A stretch of 64,000 bases of DNA from positions 446,211-510,210 of the forward strand of contig CP066688.1 of assembly GCA_016432425.1 (NCBI GenBank), in the 5' to 3' direction. The stretch comes from Candidatus Daviesbacteria bacterium (GTDB taxonomy: Bacteria; Patescibacteriota; Microgenomatia; Daviesbacterales; UBA10151). The notes beneath the pieces are model-generated. The model did not search any database, was not told the origin of the DNA, and saw only the letters and a list, made by a program, of their open reading frames with translations. Positions 20,051-30,604 of this stretch are shown here, in pieces (positions within the stretch are counted from its first letter, which is position 1; each line of letters opens with the position of its first letter). Made by a program: the position numbers and the translations under genes.

Positions 20051-20871
20051 GGCCCGGCAATTTCACTCCATTTTTGGAAGGATGAGGCAAATAGATTATT
20101 TAAAATGGCCAAGTATTTTCCTTCCCAATTAACCACCTCAGCCGGGTTTTGGTTAGAAGTAAGAAGTTTGCGGCAAAATTTAATTGGTTTGGTCTCATCT
20201 AAGGAAACAAGGGAGCCGTTGACAGTTAAAGTATTGCTGACAGAAGTGCTGCTGGTGGTGCAGCCCCCTCCGGCAGTATAGATGGTCCCGGAAGAGATAA
20301 TCACGGCGTCTATTTGGGTGACAGTGGAATCAATATTAACATTACCTCCCACCACAAAGACCAGCCCGGTGGCGTTCTTACTAGTATCTAATTTATTACT
20401 GGATAGTGGGCCTAGGTTTAAATCACGACTAACAAAAATTACTCCGCTTCTGTTACCAGGAAAATCATTGTTGCCGGTAATGGTGACATTGTCAGAAAAA
20501 CTGTACAAATGGTCTTTTTCACTGCCTAAGTCAATTTTACCTCCGGGAAGGTTGGCAGGGGAGGCAACCTCAGCGTGTTTGGTAATGGTAGGGTTGTTAG
20601 CCTGGATGTAATATTGGACTTTTAAATCATCAAAACTGGGGATTTTAAAGCTAAAAAAAGCCGCTTTGGGGTCCAACACACAAGCCCCGGCTGAAGTATT
20701 AAATTTACCCGAAAGAGAAGTGGCTGCCACCAAGCCTTCGGCCCGGTAGGGAGTAGAGCCGGTGCAGCTGGCGGATTGGGCATGGGTAGGGGTAGCTGGT
20801 AGTAAGTAGTAAGCAGCAAGGGCGATTAGCCCTAAAAATATGGTGACGATAATTGAAAATTTTCTAATCAT
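20047..20871 (-). CDS. secreted hypothetical protein (pilus-associated, beta-rich)
   Basis: Signal peptide; GLVFVVGGNVNI, IDAVIISSG, LTVNGSL strands; coupled to the pilin gene. Confidence 0.7.
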   Translation of the reverse strand: MIRKFSIIVTIFLGLIALAAYYLLPATPTHAQSASCTGSTPYRAEGLVAATSLSGKFNTSAGACVLDPKAAFFSFKIPSFDDLKVQYYIQANNPTITKHAEVASPANLPGGKIDLGSEKDHLYSFSDNVTITGNNDFPGNRSGVIFVSRDLNLGPLSSNKLDTSKNATGLVFVVGGNVNIDSTVTQIDAVIISSGTIYTAGGGCTTSSTSVSNTLTVNGSLVSLDETKPIKFCRKLLTSNQNPAEVVNWEGKYLAILNNLFASSFQKWSEIAGP

Positions 20872-23800
20872 GGTCCTCCCGGAGTGTTAATGGTGTTGGA
20901 ATAAATATCCCCTCCAGTGGTTTGGATCCAGGGATCAATAGATGCTTTGATGACAAACAGATAGTTTAACTCACTACCGTTATAAATTTGATATGAATTG
21001 GCATTAGGACCGTAAGTTTGAAAAAGGATCTCGCTGATCGTTGAGGCAATTATCGGGATTCTGCCGCCAGGATCCGTCTTTCCAGTATCCCAATGGAAAA
21101 CAGGCACAATATTATACCAATATCTGGAGGTCCCCCATACTAAACCGGGTGGATTATCAGGGTTGTCAGCCAGTCTGGCAGTACAGGTGACATTATTATA
21201 ACCGCCGGAGCCCTCAATATAGATATAAGGTACATCAATAGTCACACTGCCGTCTTGGCCTGTAATACCCTGTCTGGAAGCACCCTCATCGCCTAGTTTG
21301 CCCAGTTTAGTAACGCAGGAGGCCCGGACCTTAACACCCGCCACGCCTTTGGAAACCGGGTTAGGAATATCAGTACCAAAGCAGGCCATGCTGTAGGAGG
21401 CACCCTGACAGGTGGTGATATCCCCATAATTGCGCAGAAAGCATTGGGTTATTTTACAAGGATAAGGATTGTTGTCATCATTATAACAAGTGGAATCCAC
21501 CTGTTTTTCAAAGGCGCATGACGAGTTAGGTCCCGGGTTGCCTGTACCGCAGTAGCTGTAGCCGTTTTCCTCACTGGGACAGCTTACCGGGCCTGATTCA
21601 GAAACAACCGGAACATAGCACTGGCCGGGATTACTGGTATAATATTGGGCAACACAGGCGCCATTTTTGTCCAAACAACCCTCTAGGGTAGTTGGATAAC
21701 TGCATTGAGGCCAGGGTGTGGGAGGGATGGAATTGGTTGTTTGTACCACCTTAATTCTGATGGGTAGGGTGTTACTGCTTGAAAGAGACTGGCAGTTGGC
21801 GCAGGTATTGTAACCAATGCTTTTGCAGTAGTTAATCTGAGTCTGTGATCCCTCATAACAATTAGATCCTACACCATTCATACAGGAGTAAGGAGCGTTG
21901 CAGGACCCTCCACTGCCTCCCCCGGGGCCGGGTTGATTTTGGCCAATAGTAACATCAGCAGAACAAGGACCAGAGAGGACATATCCTTGCTGGCCGGAGC
22001 TTTTGGCCCCATCCACTACCCTGAAACTGTAAGTGGTAGTTTTGTTAACAAAAACAGAATTGGAAAGTTTAGTGTCTTGTGTTTCAAAGCTGCCGTTGCC
22101 GTCCAAGTCCCACTGGGACAGTTTAGAGCCGGGCATGTCGCTGACATTGACTGAAGCAGTTAAGGTGGAAGTGGTTGGTTGGTTGCTTTGGGCAGGGCTG
22201 GCAGAGAGACTACAACCGCTACTTGGCGGGGGGAAGCTGACATCCCAGGTACAGCGCAAGACATTATTAGGGTCAGATACCCCCACAGTCCTGGTCCCAC
22301 CACTACTGGGAGCGACTCCGTTGGGGTTCCAATTATAGGAATTGTTTGAGTCAAAGTTAACACTGGTAATTTGGCTCCAACCACTACTGGGACAAGAACT
22401 CCCCGAACAAGTCCCGGAATTATAGTACCAAACTTTACTGCCCCCCATGTTGGTAGTATTCCAATTAATAGCGGTATTGTTATAGCCGCTGGAGTTTCTG
22501 GTTACTGTTCCCACATTAACACTGCAAGTTGGGGTCCCGGCACAATAGGTATTAGGGTTTTGCCGGTTACAGACATCATTACAGGTATTCCATAAATTCT
22601 GGTTCCAGTTAGAATAACTACTGTTGCCATAATCACTGCACCGGGAATTGCTGCCTGTGCTGCAGCCGGCAAAAGTTTTACTGGCGCTGCATTGAGGCGG
22701 GTTCCAGGAAGCAATGGTAACTGATTTATCACAGGTGACTGGGCTGGTGCCGTCATTTTTCTTGACCTCAGCCCGGGCAGTGTAGCTACCGGAGGTATAA
22801 GTATGGTTAATGGGGCCGTTAGCCTGCCAGCCGGATTGAACAGAAAAGTTATTGACATCCGGGTGCAAGTTAACCTGGTAACCGGATTGGGATTGGTTGT
22901 TAATGGTGTAGGTAGTGTTAAAGGTACAAGTAGACCCGGAGCAGGAAGAAGTTAAACTGCAGGAGGCAGAACAGGCTCCGGTGGGGACAGCCCAGGAACG
23001 ACTATTGGAATGGGAGCCATTATAAACCCGGGCCCAGTAAGTCGAGCCGGCGTTAAAGGAAAAATTACCATTACTGCTCCAGCCTTCACTGCCGTTGGTA
23101 GTTAAAGATGTTCCCTGGATACATTTATTGGAATAGCCGGAAAAGCTGGAATTGGTGGAAATATCCACCCAATAACCATTAGGACAACCGGAATCGCTGG
23201 AGGGTAAACTGACCCCGGACCAGGACAAAGTGGCAGAGTAAGGATTGGAATAACAGGCAGCCCCGGAAAAACTGCTTAAGCTGGGAGCCGGAGGATCGCA
23301 GTCAGCCCGACAATTATTGTAATCCTCATTTGCTTCACAGATATTATTACCACAAACAGAACCGGAGGGAGGGCTGGAAGGAGAGGGAGCTTGGCAGACA
23401 TTGGTGGTACAGGAGTCCCAATACCACTGGGTAGTTCCGGCCGGACAGCTTGCTGTGCCATTTTGACAGGAAGACCCATTCCAGCCACAGGCCACATTGG
23501 CTATACAAGAGGAACAACTATTACATGCTCCACAATTTGAGGAAGAACAAGTAGGAGTAGGTTCAGGCTGGATACAATTGCCATTACCGTCACAGGTCGC
23601 TCCGGTATTTTGGTCACAAATTTTGCCGGCCGGTGAGTTGGTATTGGAACAGGAGGCAGAACTGGTTCCGGGATTATTGCAGGTATCTTCTGTACAAGGG
23701 TTGCCATCAACACAATCTAAATTTTCATCACAGACAGGTGCAGGAGTAGGAGGAGGAGCAGGGTTAGAATAATTACAACAAAATTGGGCACTTCCTAGAC

Positions 23801-24122
23801 AAGAAGAATTTAAGCATGAACCTTGCGAGTCTGTTGAACATGTTAGATCTCCTACAGCACAAAAATCAGAACAAGTAGCAGTTACTCCGGGTCCTTCTGC
23901 GGCAGCGTAGGCATCACAACAGTTTTGCCCAAAGCCTACTATACCAAAACCACAATCAAATTTAGTAGCATCAGGATTTGCATTACAATATCCAGGTCGG
24001 GATTCTCCTGCAGCACAATCATAGATTAGTGCATATATATCTTTTGGTATAAAAACTAAATATATAAATGAAACTAAGATAACGTAGAATATAAAAGGTA
24101 AGCCAAATCTTAACTTGGGCAT
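20868..24122 (-). CDS. large Cys-rich secreted/surface protein
   Basis: Signal peptide; CVDGNPCTEDTC module; PKD-like WDLDGNGSFE; C-terminal PWIQTTGGD. Confidence 0.8.
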   Translation of the reverse strand: MPKLRFGLPFIFYVILVSFIYLVFIPKDIYALIYDCAAGESRPGYCNANPDATKFDCGFGIVGFGQNCCDAYAAAEGPGVTATCSDFCAVGDLTCSTDSQGSCLNSSCLGSAQFCCNYSNPAPPPTPAPVCDENLDCVDGNPCTEDTCNNPGTSSASCSNTNSPAGKICDQNTGATCDGNGNCIQPEPTPTCSSSNCGACNSCSSCIANVACGWNGSSCQNGTASCPAGTTQWYWDSCTTNVCQAPSPSSPPSGSVCGNNICEANEDYNNCRADCDPPAPSLSSFSGAACYSNPYSATLSWSGVSLPSSDSGCPNGYWVDISTNSSFSGYSNKCIQGTSLTTNGSEGWSSNGNFSFNAGSTYWARVYNGSHSNSRSWAVPTGACSASCSLTSSCSGSTCTFNTTYTINNQSQSGYQVNLHPDVNNFSVQSGWQANGPINHTYTSGSYTARAEVKKNDGTSPVTCDKSVTIASWNPPQCSASKTFAGCSTGSNSRCSDYGNSSYSNWNQNLWNTCNDVCNRQNPNTYCAGTPTCSVNVGTVTRNSSGYNNTAINWNTTNMGGSKVWYYNSGTCSGSSCPSSGWSQITSVNFDSNNSYNWNPNGVAPSSGGTRTVGVSDPNNVLRCTWDVSFPPPSSGCSLSASPAQSNQPTTSTLTASVNVSDMPGSKLSQWDLDGNGSFETQDTKLSNSVFVNKTTTYSFRVVDGAKSSGQQGYVLSGPCSADVTIGQNQPGPGGGSGGSCNAPYSCMNGVGSNCYEGSQTQINYCKSIGYNTCANCQSLSSSNTLPIRIKVVQTTNSIPPTPWPQCSYPTTLEGCLDKNGACVAQYYTSNPGQCYVPVVSESGPVSCPSEENGYSYCGTGNPGPNSSCAFEKQVDSTCYNDDNNPYPCKITQCFLRNYGDITTCQGASYSMACFGTDIPNPVSKGVAGVKVRASCVTKLGKLGDEGASRQGITGQDGSVTIDVPYIYIEGSGGYNNVTCTARLADNPDNPPGLVWGTSRYWYNIVPVFHWDTGKTDPGGRIPIIASTISEILFQTYGPNANSYQIYNGSELNYLFVIKASIDPWIQTTGGDIYSNTINTPGGP

Positions 24123-24166
24123 AGTTTTATTCTAGCATTATCTATGTAGGATATATCAAGAGTAAA

Positions 24167-25129
24167 CTAACGGGGATTAATTGCTTTACCATCTTGAGTC
24201 TGTATTTGGATATTAGCACCACCGCCAATTCCTAACGTAATCGCAACTTGACCATCAAACCATTTGCTATTTGTGGGAGATGCTATCACAGCTAAAACAT
24301 CACCTTTTTTAAGCTCAGTAGCCAGCACCAAATCATTTTCTAAAACAGGTAAGCCATTACTATGAGGAATTTCTTTTGGAACTTTTACTCTACCTGTTGA
24401 TAAGGTTACAGTAAATTTATTTCCATTTTCATCTTTGGCTACAATCTTTGCTTGCAACATTTCTACCGAACCATCATTAAATCTAGGAAATTCCGCACCC
24501 TGATTTATCTTTCCAGTCCAAGGACTAATAATCTCAGTACCTACAGGTAAATTACTTAATTTTAGTTGATTATTGACAGGTTGGCCTTCTCTTTTAACTC
24601 CAAAGGCATTCAGAAGCTCATAATTAATTTGGTCTGTATAACCATCGGGTAACCTTATAATAAGTGGTACCTGTGCCGTTCCATTATTGATCTCAGTTTT
24701 GAGCTCACTTATTGGTATATCTACTGAATTATTTTTTCCAATTACTCCTTTTTTTGCAGTTGGATCAAATGTATCTGGTACTACTACCTCTTGTTTTTGA
24801 AACCAATTAAATACTTGGGATATTTCTACCACTTTATTCCAGGCTGCTCCCGGGAAAGAGGTAATATCTCTCATTACGGCTTGGGGATTAAAAGAATCTG
24901 GATTGTCTACATATTCTTGTACTTTGGGAGCCAAGTTTACTCCTATGAGAATTCCAGCAGCAGCACTCCAGGCCAGTTTACCTTTCTCTAATCCCTTTTT
25001 GGGCGGAATCGGTTCCATATCCTGAATAGTTTTGCCTGGAGGAGGTAGTTCTAAGCCGCGAACTCCTCTAGCTGGTCTGGTAACAATTGAAGGTAATAAA
25101 TTACGCTCTAAATCTGGGCGGAATGTCAT
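24167..25129 (-). CDS. hypothetical membrane-anchored protein
   Basis: 320 aa with one hydrophobic segment; LPVGTEIISPW.G resembles degenerate M23-like strands. Confidence 0.6.
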   Translation of the reverse strand: MTFRPDLERNLLPSIVTRPARGVRGLELPPPGKTIQDMEPIPPKKGLEKGKLAWSAAAGILIGVNLAPKVQEYVDNPDSFNPQAVMRDITSFPGAAWNKVVEISQVFNWFQKQEVVVPDTFDPTAKKGVIGKNNSVDIPISELKTEINNGTAQVPLIIRLPDGYTDQINYELLNAFGVKREGQPVNNQLKLSNLPVGTEIISPWTGKINQGAEFPRFNDGSVEMLQAKIVAKDENGNKFTVTLSTGRVKVPKEIPHSNGLPVLENDLVLATELKKGDVLAVIASPTNSKWFDGQVAITLGIGGGANIQIQTQDGKAINPR

Positions 25130-25268
25130 ACTATTATTATATCACATTCAGACTATCGTTGTAACCTAAAAATTGCTGAGTAATTCAATTACTCAAGCCT
25201 ACCTCCAGCGTACTTGGTTTGAGGTTTATTTGTCAACTTTTTGAAATATTTTAGATATAATATAAAAG

Positions 25269-25925
25269 ATGCCAGTAATTTTATTATTTTCATATGCTAT
25301 TTTGCCCAAAAAATTATATAAATTAAAGCAATTTAGATATAATTCCCACTTACATCCGCTATTTAGTCTAACCGGTCTATCGGCTTTAGAAACTTATGCC
25401 GGATATCTGCTGGCAGAACAGATATTAGCTAGGAAAATTATTATTTTAGGCTGTAGAACATTTGGTAAAGAAACTCCGGCCGATTCTGAATTAATGGCTA
25501 TTTATTTAAATAAATTAGGCATGTCTAAAAATAAGATTACTGTTTGTAAAAATGGAATAAACACTGTTTATCAAATAGAGGAGGCACAAAAAATTCTAAA
25601 GGGTCATGCTAATAATGTTTACGCAGTTACTCTGGAGTGTCATCAAGAAAGAACTCGACGTCTATTAGAAGCTTATGGTATAAAATCAACGGTATTTTCT
25701 ATCGAAGAGATTTTTAAACACAGCAAAAGGAGTATTCCTAAAGATTTATTCAAATTACTTCACAGTTTTAAGACAGGTAGAGTAGAGAAACTTCTTATAA
25801 AAGAATCTCGTTTATTGCTTTGGCTACAATTTATTGATTCCAAAGGTTGGCTACAAAAGTTGGCTACAAATTTAAGAGGCATTAGGTATTTTGATGTGGA
25901 TATTCTCCCTACTTTGGAGAAATAA
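25269..25925 (+). CDS. YdcF/DUF218 family protein
   Basis: IIILG, SELMA.YL..LG, NT..Q, VT..CH.ER. Confidence 0.7.
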   Translation: MPVILLFSYAILPKKLYKLKQFRYNSHLHPLFSLTGLSALETYAGYLLAEQILARKIIILGCRTFGKETPADSELMAIYLNKLGMSKNKITVCKNGINTVYQIEEAQKILKGHANNVYAVTLECHQERTRRLLEAYGIKSTVFSIEEIFKHSKRSIPKDLFKLLHSFKTGRVEKLLIKESRLLLWLQFIDSKGWLQKLATNLRGIRYFDVDILPTLEK

Positions 25926-27189
25926 TGACTACGGGTCCTGTTTTAGGTGGTATTTTGATAAACTCTCCCTTTAAAGGAGAAAAGATGTTTCCCTCTGGTA
26001 GATTTTTAACTAAGGAAACCTCAGGAAAGAAATTAACAAACTGGCTTCTATTATCAGTTCTAGTAATTCTGATAAGTTCTTCCATTGGGGCTTCGATTTC
26101 TATATTTTTTAAATCCTTGAACCTAGATTCAGTGAATAATTTATGGCTAATTCCAATCAGCTTTGGAGTCTCAAGTCTCATAGCCTGATCTAAAGTTTGC
26201 TTACCCCAGTGAGAAAGGAACTTGCCGTCCCCCGCATTCCATATTCCATGTGCGCCGTAACAATAAGCATCAGCTCCTCCCATCATACTTGCCCAATAAG
26301 CATATAGTTGATCTTCAACCCCAAATCTATTCGTAATACCTTCATACCAGGGCTCTAAATTAATAAAATTACTGTTGGAGTTTTCGGTGGTTGTTTTGAA
26401 AGGGAGTTGCCATAAAAGTCTCCTACTGTTTGGATCGTGCCCGGTCTGCACCGTGGTAGCACTAAGTAACTTGGGATTATTTACCGCTTCTTGGCTGGTT
26501 ATACCGGATAAAACATGTATAAAGATCGGTTTATTGGTCAATACTGATACCCCGGAGAGTACCTGGCTCCATTTTCCCCGCCGTTCAGTTTTCTTAGACT
26601 GGTTGAGTAAATCGGCAATCGCGGTAACGATTCTTTTGGCTAAATAAACTAATCGCGGATGCAGAAAAGGTATCAATCGGACGGTATTTAATTCCTCAGT
26701 TGTTTTCCCGGGTAACAGTTTATCTTCTTCACCAACCCAGATATCACTTTCTCCAGTCAGGCAGTACATTACATCTAAGTCGTCAACTTTTTCTACAATT
26801 TTCTTCCACCAATCCTGCATTTTTTCTACCCCCAACCATTCAATCTGTTGCCCCCAGGCGCCATAGACTAAAACTGATAATCCAACAGAATTTAGAAATG
26901 TAATTCTTTGACGAGCATAATCTAAATATTGTTCGTTAAATTCACCTTGTAAGTTCCAAGCAGGGCCTATTTTACTGGCAGCATTGGGATTTTCTGGTCC
27001 GACTTCCGGAGGAATACCAACGACTAGTTGAACTGCGCTGAAGCCTTGTTTCGCCCTTAGCCGCGCTAATTCTTCAAACTTTCTATCTGATAATCTTTGG
27101 GTTAGACCATACCACCAGGTATCGCATAGAAAATTAGGGTAGTTTTCTTTTTCTACGCGGCTCATTTTTGGTGGGTTATTTCTTGCCAT
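25909..27189 (-). CDS. DUF4038-like putative glycoside hydrolase
   Basis: FLCDTWW, R..QGFSAVQ, QTGH, NLEPWYEG, YGAHGIW. Confidence 0.75.
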   Translation of the reverse strand: MARNNPPKMSRVEKENYPNFLCDTWWYGLTQRLSDRKFEELARLRAKQGFSAVQLVVGIPPEVGPENPNAASKIGPAWNLQGEFNEQYLDYARQRITFLNSVGLSVLVYGAWGQQIEWLGVEKMQDWWKKIVEKVDDLDVMYCLTGESDIWVGEEDKLLPGKTTEELNTVRLIPFLHPRLVYLAKRIVTAIADLLNQSKKTERRGKWSQVLSGVSVLTNKPIFIHVLSGITSQEAVNNPKLLSATTVQTGHDPNSRRLLWQLPFKTTTENSNSNFINLEPWYEGITNRFGVEDQLYAYWASMMGGADAYCYGAHGIWNAGDGKFLSHWGKQTLDQAMRLETPKLIGISHKLFTESRFKDLKNIEIEAPMEELIRITRTDNRSQFVNFFPEVSLVKNLPEGNIFSPLKGEFIKIPPKTGPVVIISPK

Positions 27190-28316
27190 GCGAGAAGAGC
27201 CTGACTTTCTGGAATCTCCACATCAGTAAAAGAAATAATCTGGCCTGGTTCGATAGATCTTTTTAAAACAACATTGAAAGCCAAACCAATAGGAAGATGG
27301 TCAGGATAATCCGCAATATTAATAGCTTCTCCTCTAACAACAAAACTTCCGATGCCCCTTTTAAAGGTTTCACCTGGCTTTAACTCTCTTTTCGCTACCG
27401 TAGCGACACTAATCTGTGGATTTTCACCGTTATTTAATAAAATACCTCCCCCTTTTAGTACCTGCCGAATAGTTTTAGGTATTTCTAAATGACAAAGATG
27501 GAATGGTTTGGTTAGAACATAGTAGGGTCCTTCACCTAATTTATAGTATCTTAAAAATGGAACTTGCTCCTCTTCATGTTTACCTACTACAAAAACGCCG
27601 GCAGGGGATTTAGGAGAAAGTACATAGTCACTAATTTTTACTCCCAGGAAGTCGGCTTTTTCTGCCAGAATTTTAGCTCCGTCTTGATAATCAACACATT
27701 CAATTCCTGCAAGATTTCGTTGTAGAATTTGAGCTCCTAAGCCGTTTGCTACTAATGCTTGTTCAATTTGCACCTTAGTACCGTCTGTAAATGAGGTAAC
27801 CTGTTCTAAGCTGATGCCATTTCTTACCGCCCAATAATTCATTTCATCTTTTGTAGGGATATGGTTAAGAAACCCTTTAATATTTCCTAAAACAATAGGA
27901 TTAAAACCCATAGCTAGAGCATCTTTGTATAAAGCGGTCAAACTCCCTGGTTGATCCCCCTCAGCTTCAGTGATTAGTCCCTTTTTTGAGAGCCAGCTAC
28001 CTGACGTTAGTTGAAGCTCTGAATCCATTGTCACTACAGGAATACCTGCGTCCATCACTTTAGATAAAACCTCGGTGGCATGAATTGGATCACCGCTACA
28101 TTCCACCAATAAATCGGAATTATCTATTAGCTCTTGGGTGGAGTTCGTAATTTGTTGATTTTCTATGGCTAGATCACGAACAAATTCCGGATTTCTCCGA
28201 GTTAACACCCTTGAAATACTTAGGGCATTATCATTTTTTAATATATAACTTAAACCTTGGGCAATATAACCTGTACCTACTACTCCAATTCTGGTTTTTA
28301 CTTCTGTCGTATTCAT
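27162..28316 (-). CDS. NAD(P)-dependent oxidoreductase with C-terminal SAF domain
   Basis: IGVVGTGYIA, EAEGDQPG, SFTDGTK..EQALVAN, HLCHLEI, AKRELKPGE. Confidence 0.85.
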   Translation of the reverse strand: MNTTEVKTRIGVVGTGYIAQGLSYILKNDNALSISRVLTRRNPEFVRDLAIENQQITNSTQELIDNSDLLVECSGDPIHATEVLSKVMDAGIPVVTMDSELQLTSGSWLSKKGLITEAEGDQPGSLTALYKDALAMGFNPIVLGNIKGFLNHIPTKDEMNYWAVRNGISLEQVTSFTDGTKVQIEQALVANGLGAQILQRNLAGIECVDYQDGAKILAEKADFLGVKISDYVLSPKSPAGVFVVGKHEEEQVPFLRYYKLGEGPYYVLTKPFHLCHLEIPKTIRQVLKGGGILLNNGENPQISVATVAKRELKPGETFKRGIGSFVVRGEAINIADYPDHLPIGLAFNVVLKRSIEPGQIISFTDVEIPESQALLAWQEITHQK

Positions 28317-28594
28317 GGATGAATTTTACCATAAAAGTGCTACCTACGTAGATTTGCATATTAGAATTTTAGTTCGGGATATGTAACTTGCAGACCAGGA
28401 GTGCAGCTTCATCTAAATTATACCACATTTTGGCTTATTTAAACCTACTTTACGCCTGTTTTAGCAAATTCTGTTGTGCAACTTTGCCAGGAATAATTCT
28501 GACTCTCAGGCTTATGTAGACAAAAAGAGAGTGTAATAGGATTACTCTGTATGCCGATGCCTCGTTTTACTTTATCTGGTGTTTCCCAAAAACT

Positions 28595-29036
28595 TTAGCA
28601 ATAATTTATGTTATATATAAGTTTGCAAAACCAAGAGTTCTGAGGTTTCACTACAAAATATTTTTGTGCCATATTAGCTGAATTTTCTAGGTTCAAAGTA
28701 GTGTTGCTTAATGATTTATCTGTGATTGAAATCAAGATGGAATTTAGATCAGTAATTTCTAAGTTGTAATTGATGGTAGCAGTTGCTGATTTGTCTGTAT
28801 TTAGGCTCCAAGAAGCAGTATAGATGGTGTTTATCTTTTCGTCCTTCTGTAATTTAATATCATCTGCAGAAGAAATAAACGTCGGTTGTAATATTTGGGG
28901 CAATAAACTTATTAATATTTTCTTTGCCCTGGTTTTATAAAAATTATCATTAGTAGCTACGGCTGAAGAATTTTGACTGGTATTTTGAGTGCTTTGTTTA
29001 TTTAAAAAACTTAATTTTAAGATGCCTTGGGAATTA
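28595..29036 (-). pseudogene. 5'-truncated paralog of the 31897-32601 membrane protein
   Basis: Frame is open upstream of the TTG at 28903 through NSQGILKLSFLNKQ, matching NSQGILKLNLNRQ of the paralog; no start or TM anchor. Confidence 0.65.
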
Positions 29037-29489
29037 TTAATTAAATTAGTTGAGTTTCATTTAAATAACCACTGCGATATGACAGTAGGTCTTACCAGTT
29101 ATTTGACAGATTATACAACCGATGTAGGAAAAATCTGGATCAATGGGTTCACGAATGATATTGTTAAATGTCTAGGAAGAGAAGAATATGATACTAATTT
29201 AAATAAAAACATTATTCCGTTAACGAGCGCAGGAATATATATAGTAAATTCACAAAAATTTAAAAATATGTACAAAACGTTTTTAGAAGATAATCAAAAT
29301 ATAAAAGAAACTCAGGTAGAGATGAGAGATCAATTATTACCTTGGTTGATTGGAGAAAAGATTTTCAAAGTAAAGGGTTTTGATTTAAGAGGAGAGATAC
29401 TAGATATCGGAAATTATGAAAGAATTGTTTATGCAAAAAAACATTGGAAGAAATATACTATAAACAATCAGGAAAATAGCCCTCTATGA
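29037..29489 (+). pseudogene. C-terminal half of a sugar-phosphate nucleotidyltransferase
   Basis: KLVEFH...DMTVG, AGIYIV, LLPWLI, LDIGNYE; the N-terminal GxGxR motif is absent. Confidence 0.65.
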
Positions 29490-30598
29490 AATATGGGAAA
29501 TTAATAGGTATAGATGCAAATGAAGCAAATCTAATATCTGAACGTGTTGGATCAAATAAGTTAGCATTCAATTTACTTAGGGCGTTGTATAAGTTAAAGG
29601 TGCAATATAATTTTGTGGTGTATCTCTCGAAGCCTCCGTTAGATGATTTGCCGAATCCCAAGGCAAATTGGCAGTACAGAGTTATTTCTCCTGCTAAGTT
29701 TTGGACCCAATGGAGGTTACCGTTAGATCTATATGCTCATAATCCTCGTCCGGATATTTTTTTAAGCCTAGGCCATTATGCACCAAGATTCACTCCGATC
29801 AAAAATATAGTTACTATCACAGACCTAGGTTTCCTGACCTATCCCGAACAATTAACCAGAAAAGATCTTTGGCAATTAAAACATTGGACTGACTATTCTG
29901 TTAGGTCGGCAGGGCATATTATAGCAATTTCTGAATATACGAAGAAAGATATAATAAAGTTCTATCACATTAATCCAAATAAAATATCAATAATTTATCC
30001 TGGGTACGATAAAGATCTGTTTAGACCACTAAATAATCAAAAAGAAATAGAGAAAATACTCCTTAAATACAATATTACTAAACCATACTTATTATTTATA
30101 GGTGCTCTTAAACCAAATAAAAATTTAGAGAGATTAATCACCGCATTTAGTAGGTTGGAGTACAAAAATTTTAATCTAGTTATAGTAGGGAAAAAGGGCT
30201 GGTTTTATGAATCAATTTTTGAAACTGTCTCTAAATTAAAACTTGAGGATAGAATAATTTTTACAGGATTTGTGCCAGATATTGAACTGCCTTTTCTACT
30301 AAATGCAGCTAGATTGTTTGTATTTCCATCTCTGTATGAAGGTTTTGGGATGCCAGTCATAGAAGCTATGGCGTGTGGTACCCCAGTAGTAACTTCTAAT
30401 GTGGCTAGCCTGCCAGAGGTTATCGGTGATGCTGGTGTGACAGTTGATCCTTACAGAGTTGAAGATATAACAGCTGGTATTATTGATGGTTTAGAAAAAC
30501 ATATATTTTATAGCGAAAAGGGTCTAAAAAGAGTAAAATCATTTAGTTGGGATCAAAGTGCAAAACAATTAATAAAAATAATAGAACGCTTCTTATGA
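29486..30598 (+). CDS. GT4 family glycosyltransferase
   Basis: FIGALKPNKNL, FPSLYEGFGMPVIEAMACGTPVV, FSW. Confidence 0.93.
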   Translation: MKYGKLIGIDANEANLISERVGSNKLAFNLLRALYKLKVQYNFVVYLSKPPLDDLPNPKANWQYRVISPAKFWTQWRLPLDLYAHNPRPDIFLSLGHYAPRFTPIKNIVTITDLGFLTYPEQLTRKDLWQLKHWTDYSVRSAGHIIAISEYTKKDIIKFYHINPNKISIIYPGYDKDLFRPLNNQKEIEKILLKYNITKPYLLFIGALKPNKNLERLITAFSRLEYKNFNLVIVGKKGWFYESIFETVSKLKLEDRIIFTGFVPDIELPFLLNAARLFVFPSLYEGFGMPVIEAMACGTPVVTSNVASLPEVIGDAGVTVDPYRVEDITAGIIDGLEKHIFYSEKGLKRVKSFSWDQSAKQLIKIIERFL

Positions 30599-30604
30599 CC
30601 ATCT

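Noticed and set aside
18553-23772. Alternative-frame and antisense ORFs within the pilin and surface genes
   Set aside because: Shadow ORFs of Ser/Thr/Cys/Pro-rich genes with no independent motifs
28989-29036. Annotated start MLCLFKKLNFKMPWE of the 28989 ORF
   Set aside because: This is the antisense of the truncated membrane-protein paralog, not a real nucleotidyltransferase N-terminus
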